Source of the DNA: Nemertoderma westbladi
Taxonomy: Eukaryota; Animalia; Xenacoelomorpha
NCBI GenBank assembly: GCA_032718475.1
Contig: JAUCBJ010002943.1
Coordinates: 1-36,471, forward strand
Direction of reading: 5' to 3'
Length of the DNA stretch: 36,471 nt
Shown here: positions 1 through 10,763 of the stretch, piece by piece
How positions within the stretch are numbered: position 1 is the first letter of the stretch
How the letters are laid out: every line of letters begins with the position of its first letter
Notes under the pieces: generated by a model
What the model was told of the DNA's origin: nothing
What the model saw: the letters and a program-made list of their open reading frames with translations, nothing else
Database searches by the model: none
Made by a program: the position numbers and the translations under genes

Positions 1-556
1 GATCATAAGATGATGCATGGACTCAAACCATTTACCATTCTACAGACAGTGGAACAACTCTGCTATTTAACAAAACAAAAGCCCCACTTTATTGGTCCCC
101 TCTTTTTTCAGCAAAACTCTTGTAGATATGTTTCATCTCATAGTATTTATTTATTATTATTATAATTTATTATTCATTTATATACAATGCGCAGGAGCGC
201 CAAATGGAAGCATCACTGAGATAAAGCCAAATCTACCCCAACACCATATATATCAGCTGGAGTGACATCATCACTTACTGGAGGTTTGAATGGTGAATGG
301 TATGCTATGTGCAAGAGAAACCCTCTTAAGTCGGTGTGTCGATATATACATTCAGTCCTACAGATACCCTTTTAAGACCTTTGCCATTAACGTGAAAGGA
401 CATACTCCAAGCATTTTAGAAACTGTATATAATAGTTATCATTCAAACTACCAGAACCAACTACCAGTAGCAAGACCAGCAATATAAACCAGAAACAATA
501 ACCTGGTAAAACCCCGTAATTTCTCATTATTTATATACTGGTGTGTATTGCGGCCA

Positions 557-866
557 GGACACAAACATTATTGAGGGAATACAAACATTAATGAGAGACA
601 CAAATGTTAATCAGGGATACTAACATTAATGAGGGACACACAATAAGGGGCACAAACCATTAACACAAACATTTATTATGGACACAAACATTAATCAGGG
701 ATACAAACATTAATCAAGGACACACATTAAGGGGCACAAACCATTAACAGAATAACACAAACATTATAATGAGTGACACTAACATTAAACAGGGATACAA
801 ACATTAATCAGGGTCACAAACATTAATGAGAGACACACAGTAATCAGGGAGACAAACATTAATGAA
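557..866 (+). repeat. Minisatellite, ~19-bp unit (consensus GGAYACAAACATTAATSAG)
   Basis: About 15 degenerate tandem copies of GGACACAAACATTAATCAG / GGATACAAACATTAATGAG are visible directly. Confidence 0.85.
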
Positions 867-882
867 TGAATTTTTTGCAATA

Positions 883-2638
883 GTACTACTAATAATACTA
901 GCAACACAGATTTTGTTGTCTCCAAATTGCAAACAATGGTTCAAGATTATTCTGCCAATGGATCCTTCTTGGTATTGTGGGCGCAAATGTACCCCAAAGC
1001 GATACAGAGTCGAGGCAGAGACATGTCGACGTCAATTACAGTTATTCGGATGGGGGGGGGGGGTGCACTTTGAGGGTGGAAACGTCCTTGACTCGCGTGG
1101 CATACACCTCTCGGCCATGGGCCAAGGCAAGTTATATGCAACACTACAGCACGCCCTTTTCACTGTTATTAAACCCTCACTATAAAGTGGCTCTTATAAG
1201 TAAGAGCCACGAAATCAAATAATGAAAACAGCAGACGACTGACAGCAGACACCCGAGTGTGGGGGTGGGTGTTGGGGTGGGTGGTGTCTGGGATGGAGGT
1301 GCGGGTGAGGGTAGTGTAAGTTTCAGAAGAAAAACGCAACAATTACGATTACAATGACGTAAAAGTGGAAGCTTTTCTGTTTTAAAGAATGTAATATTTT
1401 TGGACCTGAATCTGGTTGTACTTGCCCTTTTTATATAATAAGGATTGACTTGCCCTTTTTTATAATCTGGATTGATTTGCCATTATTTTTACCAAATTCT
1501 TAAGAACAGTATATATATCTGGACCATCACTAGACATTACATGACATTACACACCCAAGCGTGGCGTGGGGGTGTGTGTTGGGGTGGATGGAGGGTGGTG
1601 TATGGGGTGGAGGTGCGGGTGAGGGTAGTGTAAGTATCACAAGAAAAACACAACAATTACGATTACAATGACATAAAAGTCTTACAAGATGCATAGAAAT
1701 GTCACTAATCATAAGTCTTAACTAATGTTACAAACAGGATACAAGAAGCACAGGTAAAACGAAAGCATTAGGAGTTGGATATAAGAGGTTTACATGTTAC
1801 ATAGAAGACTTACAAGGGGGGGGGGGGGGGGGGGGGGGGTCTGCACTACATTATAGTAATCAGTATAGTAAAATGAAACTTGGAAACTTTTCTGTTTTAA
1901 AAAATGTAATATTTTTGGACCTGAATCTGGTTGTACTTGCCCTTTTTATATAATAAGGATTGACTTGCCCTTTTTTATAATTTGGATTGACTTGCCATTA
2001 CTGCCATTACCAAATTCTTAAGAACAGTATATATATCTGGACCATCACTAGACATTACATTAACTTAATTAGTAAGTACATGCAATGCCCTGATATGCCT
2101 CAAATACACAGGTGTAATACCTGAGTGTAGGCTAGTTAAACTTACATAAACTTACCATATTTAGTGTGCTACAGTAGTATATAGTAGACCTACCAGTACC
2201 GGCATGATGAATATAAAACCTGAAATCATAAAGACTAATTTCTACAAATTGGTACCCTGAACCTGGATATAGGCTAGTTAAACATACTTACAGATTCACC
2301 TTACCATTAAAAAAATTTGTTAAATGTGCTTTTGGTCCAAAAGTTAACATTTTAGGAATAATATTAAATCAGCAATAAAATTGAACAAATTGCTACCATG
2401 TTAGGAATTACCCTAGGTAGGCTAGAAACCTATTTCAAATGATAACTGTCTGCAACACTACTTGAAGCTGTAATACTGTAGTAAACAGTATACTAAGAGT
2501 GGTCTATGAAATAGTTCTGTTCTGTTCAGACAGACAGACAGGGGGGTGATATTTAGGTATTACTAACAAGTTGAATAGTTAATGGAAAAAATGGTCCCTC
2601 ATTCATGTCAGAAACGAAAACAAGTCGGAACAACAAGT
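883..2638 (+). repeat. Dispersed direct repeat B, copy 1 (near-identical to 24764-26248); contains an extra internal duplication (~1250-1542 vs ~1552-2061)
   Basis: Both copies begin GTACTACTAATAATACTAGCAACACAG and end GAAACGAAAACAAGTCGGAACAACAAGT and are colinear between these ends. Only copy 1 has the GT-rich/GGACCTGAATCTGG block twice. Confidence 0.95.
890..1185 (+). pseudogene. SGNH/GDSL esterase-like C-terminal fragment (LINE ORF1 esterase type), frameshifted at a poly-G tract
   Basis: The peptide ...FLVLWAQM.PK...NVLDSRGIHLSAMGQGKLY resembles the SGNH block-V DGxHLxxxG motif. There is no N-terminal GDS motif, and the frame breaks at G12 (1052-1063). Confidence 0.45.
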
Positions 2639-3225
2639 TCAATCAAGAACAACAGTTTAGGCCTAATTAGCCCAGTACCGGCACCGGTAATAATAATATA
2701 ATACAATAATAGTTTAGATAGTTACCGCTAATCATTCAGTCATTGGCACGGTACACCGTACACCGTATTGCTGTACTGCCGTTGTAGTGCGCACCGTAGG
2801 TACCACCCTACTACCGGTAATATAACAAGTAATAAACAAGTAATATATAAATGCAATGCACTACTGAACTAATTACGATATTGTATCATTACTGCTACTG
2901 TATATTGCTGGCTTTTAAATTAAATTACCTTTTTTATCTTGTTACGTACTCTCTATCTAATAAACAAGTTCAAACATGAATTAACATTAACGGCAAATTG
3001 CTGGTACCCCATTCAATTTACTCTTATTTTTAATTTTATCGTTTTTAATTATCATTATTGGGGCACCACACAACTCCCAATGTTGAATACTCTCACTACT
3101 CCAGATGGGGGTGCAATTCACCACCTTCACCATGGATGCCAAAGTTTTTACCACTAAAATGTACTATACTATTTTCCATGTATGACCTCGCATTCAAATC
3201 GTAATTATAGTTACCAATAACTTAC

Positions 3226-3430
3226 CTGCAAGCTCTATAACTTCATCGACTTTATCATGCACAGCTTGATAACTTCCCGGATCTTTTGGGAGTGGTGGGT
3301 GTATAACAATATCGGCAACGGACAGTTCACAATAATCGTTCGAGACTACATTTCTATCTACAGCCAAGTCTAGAAGTTTTCGATAAGATTTATCGCAGTA
3401 CGTTGACGCTTTGGTGGAGGTAGAATAATA
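3226..3430 (-). pseudogene. Possible piggyBac-like transposase N-terminal exon fragment
   Basis: The minus frame reads ...ELSVADIVIHPPLPKDPGSYQAVHDKVDEVIELA and ends at a CAG|GTAAG donor (3221-3228). DIxIxPP resembles PGBD-type N-termini. Confidence 0.3.
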
Positions 3431-3550
3431 TCCTTACTTGTTAAGAATGACAATTGCGAAAGCAGAAAACACAGCGTACACAGTGCATGTTGAATGACAA
3501 TTTATATTTTTCTACCATTGATCATTTTCTTGTATCTAATTCATTTTTAA

Positions 3551-3800
3551 CTACTAGGATCGGCATGCTGCATTGCAGCTGCATTTTTAAGACTGCCGTG
3601 CCGGCTTATAAGATAACTCTCCAAACGCCCCCGGCTGCCACATCCAGTCCAGCATCAAACTCCCAGGGATGTACTATGCAGTCTTAACTCGCTCATCATC
3701 GAAAGGCTAGAATGTAAATGGGGTTTCGACACTACAACTTCCACCAACAAAATTACCAGGACTCAGAAACCCATTGGCACTGTGGGGACAATTGGAAAGA
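3551..3800 (-). mobile_element. Putative 5'-truncated SINE carrying an RTE-LINE-derived 3' tail
   Basis: The reverse complement of 3564-3607 matches 34095-34138 (RTE 3' end) at 41/44 nt, and both elements end CTAGTAG. The upstream body does not translate as RTE ORF2. The 5' boundary is uncertain. Confidence 0.5.
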
Positions 3801-3875
3801 TTTGGACACTATAAGGTAGTACTACACTTAGTAATACAATGAAGGTGCATAACTTTATAGAGGAACAATATACTC

Positions 3876-4005
3876 AAAGGGCCATCAAAGCCCGTTTGTG
3901 GTTTTGGGCTAAAGGGCCAAAAAGGGGCTAAAGGGCCACTTTTTAATACCCCCCAAGTCGCAAAAGGGCCACTTTTGATATACAAAAGTGGCCCTTCAGC
4001 CCGAA
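3876..4005. repeat. Cluster of AAAGGGCCA motifs with a perfect 14-bp hairpin; probable DNA-transposon subterminal region
   Basis: Four AAAGGGCCA copies; AAGGGCCACTTTTG-atata-CAAAAGTGGCCCTT at 3964-3996. Confidence 0.55.
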
Positions 4006-4039
4006 CGTATGTATATCTATATATATATTGCATATCTAC

Positions 4040-5092
4040 AATATTGAACTCTAGATTGCAATCCCAACCAGAATGTCGAATTGGTTCAATCTTCAGAGAA
4101 CCAAATCTACACTCCTTACATATTGCTATTTCAGAGAAATTGTCAGCCAAGCAGGGCAAATTTATTAGTTCAAAATTATCATTGGTACTTTGAAGTCACC
4201 AGTACTAGACCTATCAATAAACTTTGGAGTTAATTTGCATTGTGATGGACTGATTACTGTTGTTGCAGGTTTCTTCGGCTCCATATTCTCTACATCTTCC
4301 ACATCCAGTTCTTCACTGTAGCGATTTCCCTGAAACTTACAACGCTTTGATGGAAATCTGGAAAAATGGAAATCTCTCGGCTTTGATGGTGCTGTAGAAT
4401 GATTTAGGCCTACAATGGAAAATAGTCTTATCCTAAAGAGAAAGACATAGACTAGATTGTAAGTATAAAACAAAATTTATTATCAGTGGACTAAGTAACA
4501 CACAGGCTTATACAATATAATGTATGCAGTACTGCAGTATGATCCTATAATGTAAAACACAATATCTGACAGTTGGACATACAGACTGAATGACTACATG
4601 ACTACAAGGGAAAACAATATCCTAAAGGGATGGACATACAGACTCACTTGTAAGCAACACCATGAACTATGTTATGTAGTAACACACTGGCTTATACTAT
4701 GGTACTGCAGTATATGATCTATTGTACAAAAACACTATCCGACAGTAAAGGACATACAGACTAATTGGCTGATACGTGATTGGCGAAATAGACGAATAAG
4801 CTTGTAAGTAATGTCATATCCTCTAACTCCTTGTTTATGGCCTGTCCTGTAAGAAAGAATTACATCATGCACCCATAACTAAAGCTACTGTAATCCAAAC
4901 ATCATATCGCTATCACAATATCACTTATCACAAATTATCTAGTGTCAGATTATCGACCATAACTCGAAAAGTTTCCATCCAAATTCCAAGAAAGTTAGAT
5001 TTTTGGAATCAGCATGAAATTGTGTGCTAGAATCTATAAAAACCCAAAAGGGTGAAATTTTTCAAAATACGCATTACGAGTCGAGTGCCCTT
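4040..5092 (-). mobile_element. Truncated Kolobok-like DNA transposon: 5' end plus transposase N-terminus (pseudogene, ~4040-4380)
   Basis: The minus strand gives KRCKFQGNRY...SPSQCKL...MIILN, then after a break FSEIAICKECRFGSLKIEPIRHSGWDCNLEF. This matches the KFxGNxY / SASxxKL / CxxC pattern of Kolobok ('Mutator-like') transposases. A candidate terminus TATAAGGGCACTCGACTC at ~5092 resembles a TTAA+RGG end, and there is a splice acceptor near 4433. Confidence 0.55.
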
Positions 5093-5174
5093 ATATGAAC
5101 AGTTGTTATTCGCAATGGCAGTTCCTTTGGTAACCTTTGATAATTTATTTATATATATATATTCCTTGTATCAT

Positions 5175-5410
5175 GCGGGCCCCATATGTGTATAACTGCA
5201 GTGGCCCATTCGCATTCAAGAAATATATTTTTCAGGCCTATTCGCTACCAAGTGGGCTATTTTATCAAAGGCCATTTTGAATTTTGGCGGCCTAATTGCT
5301 GCAAATTGGCCATGGGGCTACATATATTATGTACGTGGCCTTTATGCTACTAAGAAGAAGGCCTAAATGGGACTAAGAATATGGCCCAGAGGCTACAGTT
5401 TGGCTCTACC
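5175..5410. repeat. Cluster of GGCCNNNNGCTAC-like motifs; probable transposon subterminal repeats
   Basis: About 8 related motifs: GGCCTATTCGCTAC, GGCCATGGGGCTAC, GGCCTTTATGCTAC, GGCCCAGAGGCTAC and others. Confidence 0.45.
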
Positions 5411-5719
5411 ACAATTATATAGTCACTCTAAACAAATAAAGTAGCAAGTAGGTTGTTGATATCGTCACGTTTACTTGTTCATCAACATACTTTAATTTAA
5501 TTTAGCTGGATTCTTCCTAATATAAATATAATTTCCTAAACATAATTCCTATAAATATAATTCTATCCTAGGTCCTAAATATAATATTGTACATTATTTT
5601 ACAACTTCATTATTTTATTTTACGGGTATTAACTCAATTCAACTTTAACTAATCAACTTTATTCTTTTCTGACTATTATTTCTCTCATTTTATTCTCAAC
5701 TATTTCTCGTTTCTGTTTG

Positions 5720-7250
5720 TACTAGTTCACTTGTTAATAGCATGTCTCCTAGGAAATTACTCCATTGTTCTAAATGTAATAAGTTTTACAGTAAGAAGAA
5801 GCCATATGGACTGTCCTCATTGTCCTTGTCCTATCACTGCATGTGTCACAGTTTCTATGTCTATGTGTCCTATTACTGTTTCTCCTTCTGCTGCTACTGT
5901 CCACTCATTTACTAATATTTCTTCTAGTTCTAATCTTAGGTTTAGCCTTGAGGAATGATATGCTCGGACTGATATCAAGGTGATGATGTGGATATGGATG
6001 TTGGTGAGAGTGTAGATGGGGTGATGGATGATTGTGAAGTAGGTGAGAATGTTGCAAGTGTTGCTGGAACTGTGGATGTTAGTGATGTGGGTGTGTGTGT
6101 TGGCAATGGAGTTGGTGAGAATGATAATGTGGGTAATGTTGAAACTGAGGACAAGTGTATGATGGTTGAACCTGTTGTTGCAGTAGGAAGTATGGATATG
6201 AAGGCAGAAATTGGGAGTATTAGGATTGGTAAGAGATGAAAGAGAGAGAGTTGGGTGCGAGTGAGGAAGCGGAAGTTTTGAGCAATGGTTGGTGTAATGG
6301 TTGGGGGTCAGTCTGCAGGTGTTAAAGTAACAGTGCCTAAATGTGGACAGTGTGCAAGGAGTAAGGAGGGTGATGGAGATTGTTGTGGGAGTTTCAGGCG
6401 AGCAATGGAAAGAGAATGGAAGGTGGAAATCTTAAAAATACCTGTAGTAGGTATTCCAAGGTTATGCAGGGTAGTGGTGAACACTGTAAGGACTTGCATG
6501 ATGGATATCAGAAGAGAGGCTGTATTAGGTGGAACACAGAGTGGTAAATGTATGGAATGCATGAAATGGTTTATAGGTGCTGGTATGTATTGTGAGTGTC
6601 GTCTACGGCACATGAGTCTAGCTCATGTGCCGTAGACGACACTCACAATAATTAGGAAGGTTATTTTCTCTCGGTCTGTGCCTGAGAAAAGTGATCAGTT
6701 CTATGTCTAGGATATCATTGAGAAAGAAGAGTGTGGTTAATCAACCTGTAACCGATAAAAATGGATCGACAACTGTTAGAGTAGGGAAGAAGAGTGTAGC
6801 TGCACCAGTCAGTAGCAATGGAGGATGTGATAGTTGAGGACTGCAGAAAGAGAAGGCTAGTACTGGTGTTTCAGGTAACATTGAGATGCAGCCTCACATC
6901 TGTAGCACCTCGAGTCCATTATTGCGTAAGAAAATTAATAAGTGCAGAGACAGTAATGGCTTTATTGGGAAGAAGTTTTTATATTTTAAGGATTGCAAGG
7001 ATAAATATCATCGTGAAACAATACAACAAAAGAGGACATGGAAATCAGGCGATAATATTTCCAGCTTGGGGTCTATTGATTGTTCATGGTCAAAGTCTGG
7101 GGTCCGAGTGAGTGAAGATATACCCCTGGGAAGATGTACTTCCCTCCGTCGCTTCCCCGGTGCACCCGCCGCGCCTACCGGTACCTTAGCCCTCCATGCT
7201 AAAACAAATAGCTACCGTATCGGCGCATGCGTTCGCGAACAGTCTGACAG
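5720..7250 (-). mobile_element. Highly decayed retroelement-like sequence (possible LINE 5' region/ORF1)
   Basis: Strong G/C strand skew, a Ser/Thr/Pro/His-rich low-complexity minus-strand translation with many stops, and a GC-rich end at 7140-7240. No diagnostic motif was found. Confidence 0.25.
6588..6650. repeat. Perfect 29-bp inverted repeat with a 5-nt loop (63-bp palindrome)
   Basis: TATTGTGAGTGTCGTCTACGGCACATGAG-tctag-CTCATGTGCCGTAGACGACACTCACAATA. Confidence 0.95.
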
Positions 7251-8119
7251 TCTAAAATAAATCCCGCAAGGATTATCGCATCTCAATTACATAGAAATTA
7301 AGAGTCAAATGCAGAAATCATTATTCGAGATTGTAATTAAGAAGTAATCAAAGAATCAGCATCAAGGATTTACATAATATGAAGAAAAGAAATAGCAAAG
7401 AATTGTACAGAAAACTAAGACAGGGGATAAACGGATAACATAAAACGTAAAAGCACATACCGGAACACAGTCAATTTATAGCTGACGAAATAGGTATGAC
7501 GCAATAATCGTTTCATTGGTCCAGCAAACCATGCCACCATTAGACTAACCTAGAACAGCTGGGCCAATGGGGAAACCGGGTTGTGATCCCTTTCCCCCTA
7601 TTTCACAAATTATTACCATATATGGTAATGAATTCTGTCCCGGTGGGCTTATAGGTTGCTGGCCATAACATTAATTTTGCGATTATTAAAGTACATTAAG
7701 CATAATTCGATATAAAGCCAATTTAGGGAGAAATATAAAGGGAAATTAACACAAATACACAATTAATTCAGTCAATATTGATAAACGGCAAGTTCATATT
7801 AAGGTTTTATAAGAGTTTGCCACCATAAATGTTATTTACTAAGATTTTATTATAAAATTACATATGCAAACTACATACTGTACAAAAACGGATGAAATAT
7901 ATAAACTTAGATATTTTATTGTCCCTATCTAAGCACGGCTGTACATCATATTATGACTTATCTAAAATACTTTAGATTGTATAATGGGCTGCTTCAGTGC
8001 ACAGCGCCATATATCGTAACAGTAGGTGTAATATTTACTGTATGCATTTTATTTTAGTATATATTTATTAGGATAGAGTGCCAGCTGACCTCCTTAAGTG
8101 GTCAGTTATTATCAGTTAA

Positions 8120-8526
8120 CCCAGCAAGTACCAAAGGTAACAATTGTTGGGCAAAAGTAGCCCTCAATCTTCTTGAATGTAGGACAATTAAAAATTGTAA
8201 ATGTTGTAATTATATAATATCTAATGTAAGATAAGATGTTGTTTCACAATGTCAAACTGGTATTTAGACTTTGGCCTCATTGGATGTGCCCGAAAATTTG
8301 ATTCAAATTTTGCAATTTTTTGGGGTCACTGTTTTTTCCGACTTTAATGCATTCAGCGGCATCTCCTGTCCTATAGACAGGAAACTAAATTGTTTTTTGG
8401 CACTTTTGGGTTAGTTTACATCCTAATCAATATATTTAGGCACATTCCAGTAAGTTTTTCAAAATTTTACATTTTTAAAATTATTGCCAAACTAAAAATA
8501 CAACAATTGTTGTGTCTGGTACTTAC
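8120..8526. mobile_element. MITE with imperfect ~26-bp TIRs (CCCAGCAAG start, CMC/EnSpm-like)
   Basis: Left GCAAGTACCAAAGGTAACAATTGTTG versus the reverse complement of the right end, GTAAGTACCAGACACAACAATTGTTG; non-coding AT-rich interior. Confidence 0.5.
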
Positions 8527-8629
8527 CCTGCAGTTAAATCCAAACCGACGGTTACGACGGTAGGTAGGTCAGTTGTATTGTAAGTGCATACTGGTACCGT
8601 ATTTTATTTTGTATATAGTTTATATTGAG

Positions 8630-8780
8630 TTTATTCGGTGGAATGACAACTCGGTCGTAACGATGGGGAGTAACGCTGTTGGTGTAGAACCTATCCAGCA
8701 TGTAAACCGCTGGAGCAAGACTGCCAAATCCCGCGTCGCCATAAGTCAGCCGTTGGCTGCCAAGCTGCACAATAAAGGCT
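8630..8780 (+). pseudogene. piggyBac transposase (DDE_Tnp_1_7) fragment
   Basis: RWNDNSVVTMGSNAVGVEPIQHVNRWSKTAKSRVAISQPLAAKLHNKG matches the WxDNxxVT..SN...P...R.S.....QP.....YNxx(MGGVD) segment. It is cut off just before MGGVD by repeat A. Confidence 0.75.
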
Positions 8781-9225
8781 ATCTCTAAACCGGCTCATAT
8801 CCTCCAATTGGTAACAACATTGTTTATTGTTTTGGTTATAAAAGCCTACCTCTTGTAACCTGCTCCTTTCCCCCAGTACTGTTGACTGTTTAGTTGAAAC
8901 TGCTATGTTGTATGTATTTAATTAAAATCATTTTCGTAGAGGGAAGTTAATTTGGGATTACTCTCTATCAGATGTAAGCAAAGCTGTTCTGTTCAGGGGT
9001 GGGTCATGGGACCCAAATATATTACATTATGCATGGCAAACATTAATAACATAATTCAGTCAACCTGAAGGGTATTTGCTTTAGTTAACTACTCTGCGAA
9101 AAACGAATTTATAATGTTACCCATACTTCAGGTGAATGAATTTTTAGATATTTTGTACTGAAGGCAACGATTTCTGATATAATTAAAATACAAGACAGGG
9201 GCTTGTTTCGATATATGTAGTTGCT

Positions 9226-9430
9226 CCCTTCGAGCAGCATGTGAGTTAGTTAATCAAATAATAGACACAATGTTTGACTTTGTCCCTTCGTGCAGCACGT
9301 GAGTTTGGCTTTGATCCTTCGATATATGTATTTGCGCCCTTCGAGCAGCACGTGAGTTACATCAAATAATAGACACATTGTTTGACTTTGTCCCTTCGTG
9401 CAGCAGGTGAGTTTGGCTCTGACCCTTCCA
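9226..9430 (+). repeat. 53-58-bp alternating tandem repeat, 4 copies of core CCCTTCGWGCAGCACGTGAGTT
   Basis: Cores start at 9226, 9284, 9337 and 9392. Confidence 0.85.
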
Positions 9431-9905
9431 ACAGCGTGTGTCAATCGAGCCGAATCGTACCGATCGAGCCGAATAAAACCAATCAGGATATTCATAGGAA
9501 TATGAAGGAATAAAGGGAATGAGGAAAAAGAACAAAAGAAAGAAAATGTCGGAGATGACAAAGGAAAGATTGAAAAACCGAATTCTAATAGACAAAAAAT
9601 AATTTAAAAAAGAAAATTTGTGAAGAAGAGGAGAAATCTAGTTTCGATGTCGCGGCTGGAGAAAGAAATAGAGAGAAACAAACTAGATACTGAATTAAAA
9701 AGGTACTTCAACCAAAAAGAAAAAATGGCTTAATTTAGACTTTTGTGTTACTGTTTCGAATTGTTAATAACTAACGAGGCTAAATTAATGAACAACAATT
9801 CATGAATAAACATTGGGAGGTGTATTTATGATTTTCTTTTTACTAAAGATAAGTAAAATAACGGCTCAAATATTTCAATGCTATTGTTAAATACAGAATT
9901 TCACG

Positions 9906-10040
9906 TTAGGGGGCGTTTATAAAGTATGTCACTCACTGGGGGGGGGGGGCTAGCACGACCCCCCCGGTCGTGCTAGCGTGACATTTTGTGACACGTAGGG
10001 GAGGGGTGTGTTGAATTTGGTGACGATAGTCACGGCGATG
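9906..10040 (+). mobile_element. PIF/Harbinger-like MITE 5' end (also at ~14919 in copy A')
   Basis: TTA|GGGGGCGTTTATAAAGTATGTCAC, then poly-G and GTGAC motifs, resembling Harbinger MITE termini with a TWA target site. The other end was not found. Confidence 0.35.
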
Positions 10041-10489
10041 TTCTATACTTTAATGTTAGTTTGCCCCAAGATAAAATTCCTTTAAATCTTTCCAAGAGAG
10101 GGCTCCATGGAGGATGTAGGCGGGAGGGGGGGGGGGGGGGGGGGTATCATTATCTGATTATTGGGATTGGATTACGTTATTTGAACTTAAAGACCACTAA
10201 CAAACAATCTACGTAATGGATTAACCATTGTACTACAGTATTTGTAGTAAAGTATTGCTGTTATGCTTTGTTGCTGTTATATTTCTGCAAGCCAAAACCA
10301 ATTGTCTTTGTGAACTACTGTACTAGCTACTGTACTACCACTGTAGGAGGGAATTCCTTGAAGTTTACCGCGTCTTCAATGTCCGAACCTCAATAGTCAA
10401 TAATACAGCCAGGACCGAAGGAGGCTATGCAAACCTTTAACAAATTTGTACAAAATAATTACCAAATCAAATTGATATTAAGACATATA

Positions 10490-10763
10490 GATAGATAGAT
10501 AGATTTATTTATACATTATTTAAAAACAATAACAAATACACCAAACAATGTACCGGTATAAAGGTATTGTCCAACATAACATATAGGATTACCCCTAAAG
10601 CTTTGCAGCTTATTTCCAAGGGGGTCCTTTATGTTACTTGGTTACAAATACAATATTACACTACGCTAACCTAAAACCAATATAAAACGTAATTACACTA
10701 TGTACATGTACAACTTTACGGAGAGCGTGACAATGCCCGACTCAACGATAAAGATATAATATA
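10490..10763 (-). mobile_element. CR1/L2-type LINE 3' end (also from ~15500 onward in copy A')
   Basis: The minus strand ends AATAAA(TCTA)n, preceded by a stem-loop-like GGACCCCCTTGGAAATAAGCTGCAAAGCTTTAGGGGTAATCC. Confidence 0.55.

Larger units (their letters stand above)
8783..10763 (+). repeat. Direct repeat A, copy 1 (near-identical to 13508-15774)
   Basis: Colinear from CTCTAAACC(G/T)GCTCATATCCTCCAATTGG to CTCAACGATAAAGATATAATATA. It lacks one 108-bp unit and most of the GAGCC microsatellite found in copy 2. Confidence 0.95.

Noticed and set aside
190-490. Possible exon near the window start
   Set aside because: Short frames on both strands with stops, and no recognisable motif or clear splice-site pair.
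5731-7260. Plus-strand ORFs of 75-124 aa as host genes
   Set aside because: Compositionally biased, with no recognisable domain; consistent with antisense frames of a decayed element.
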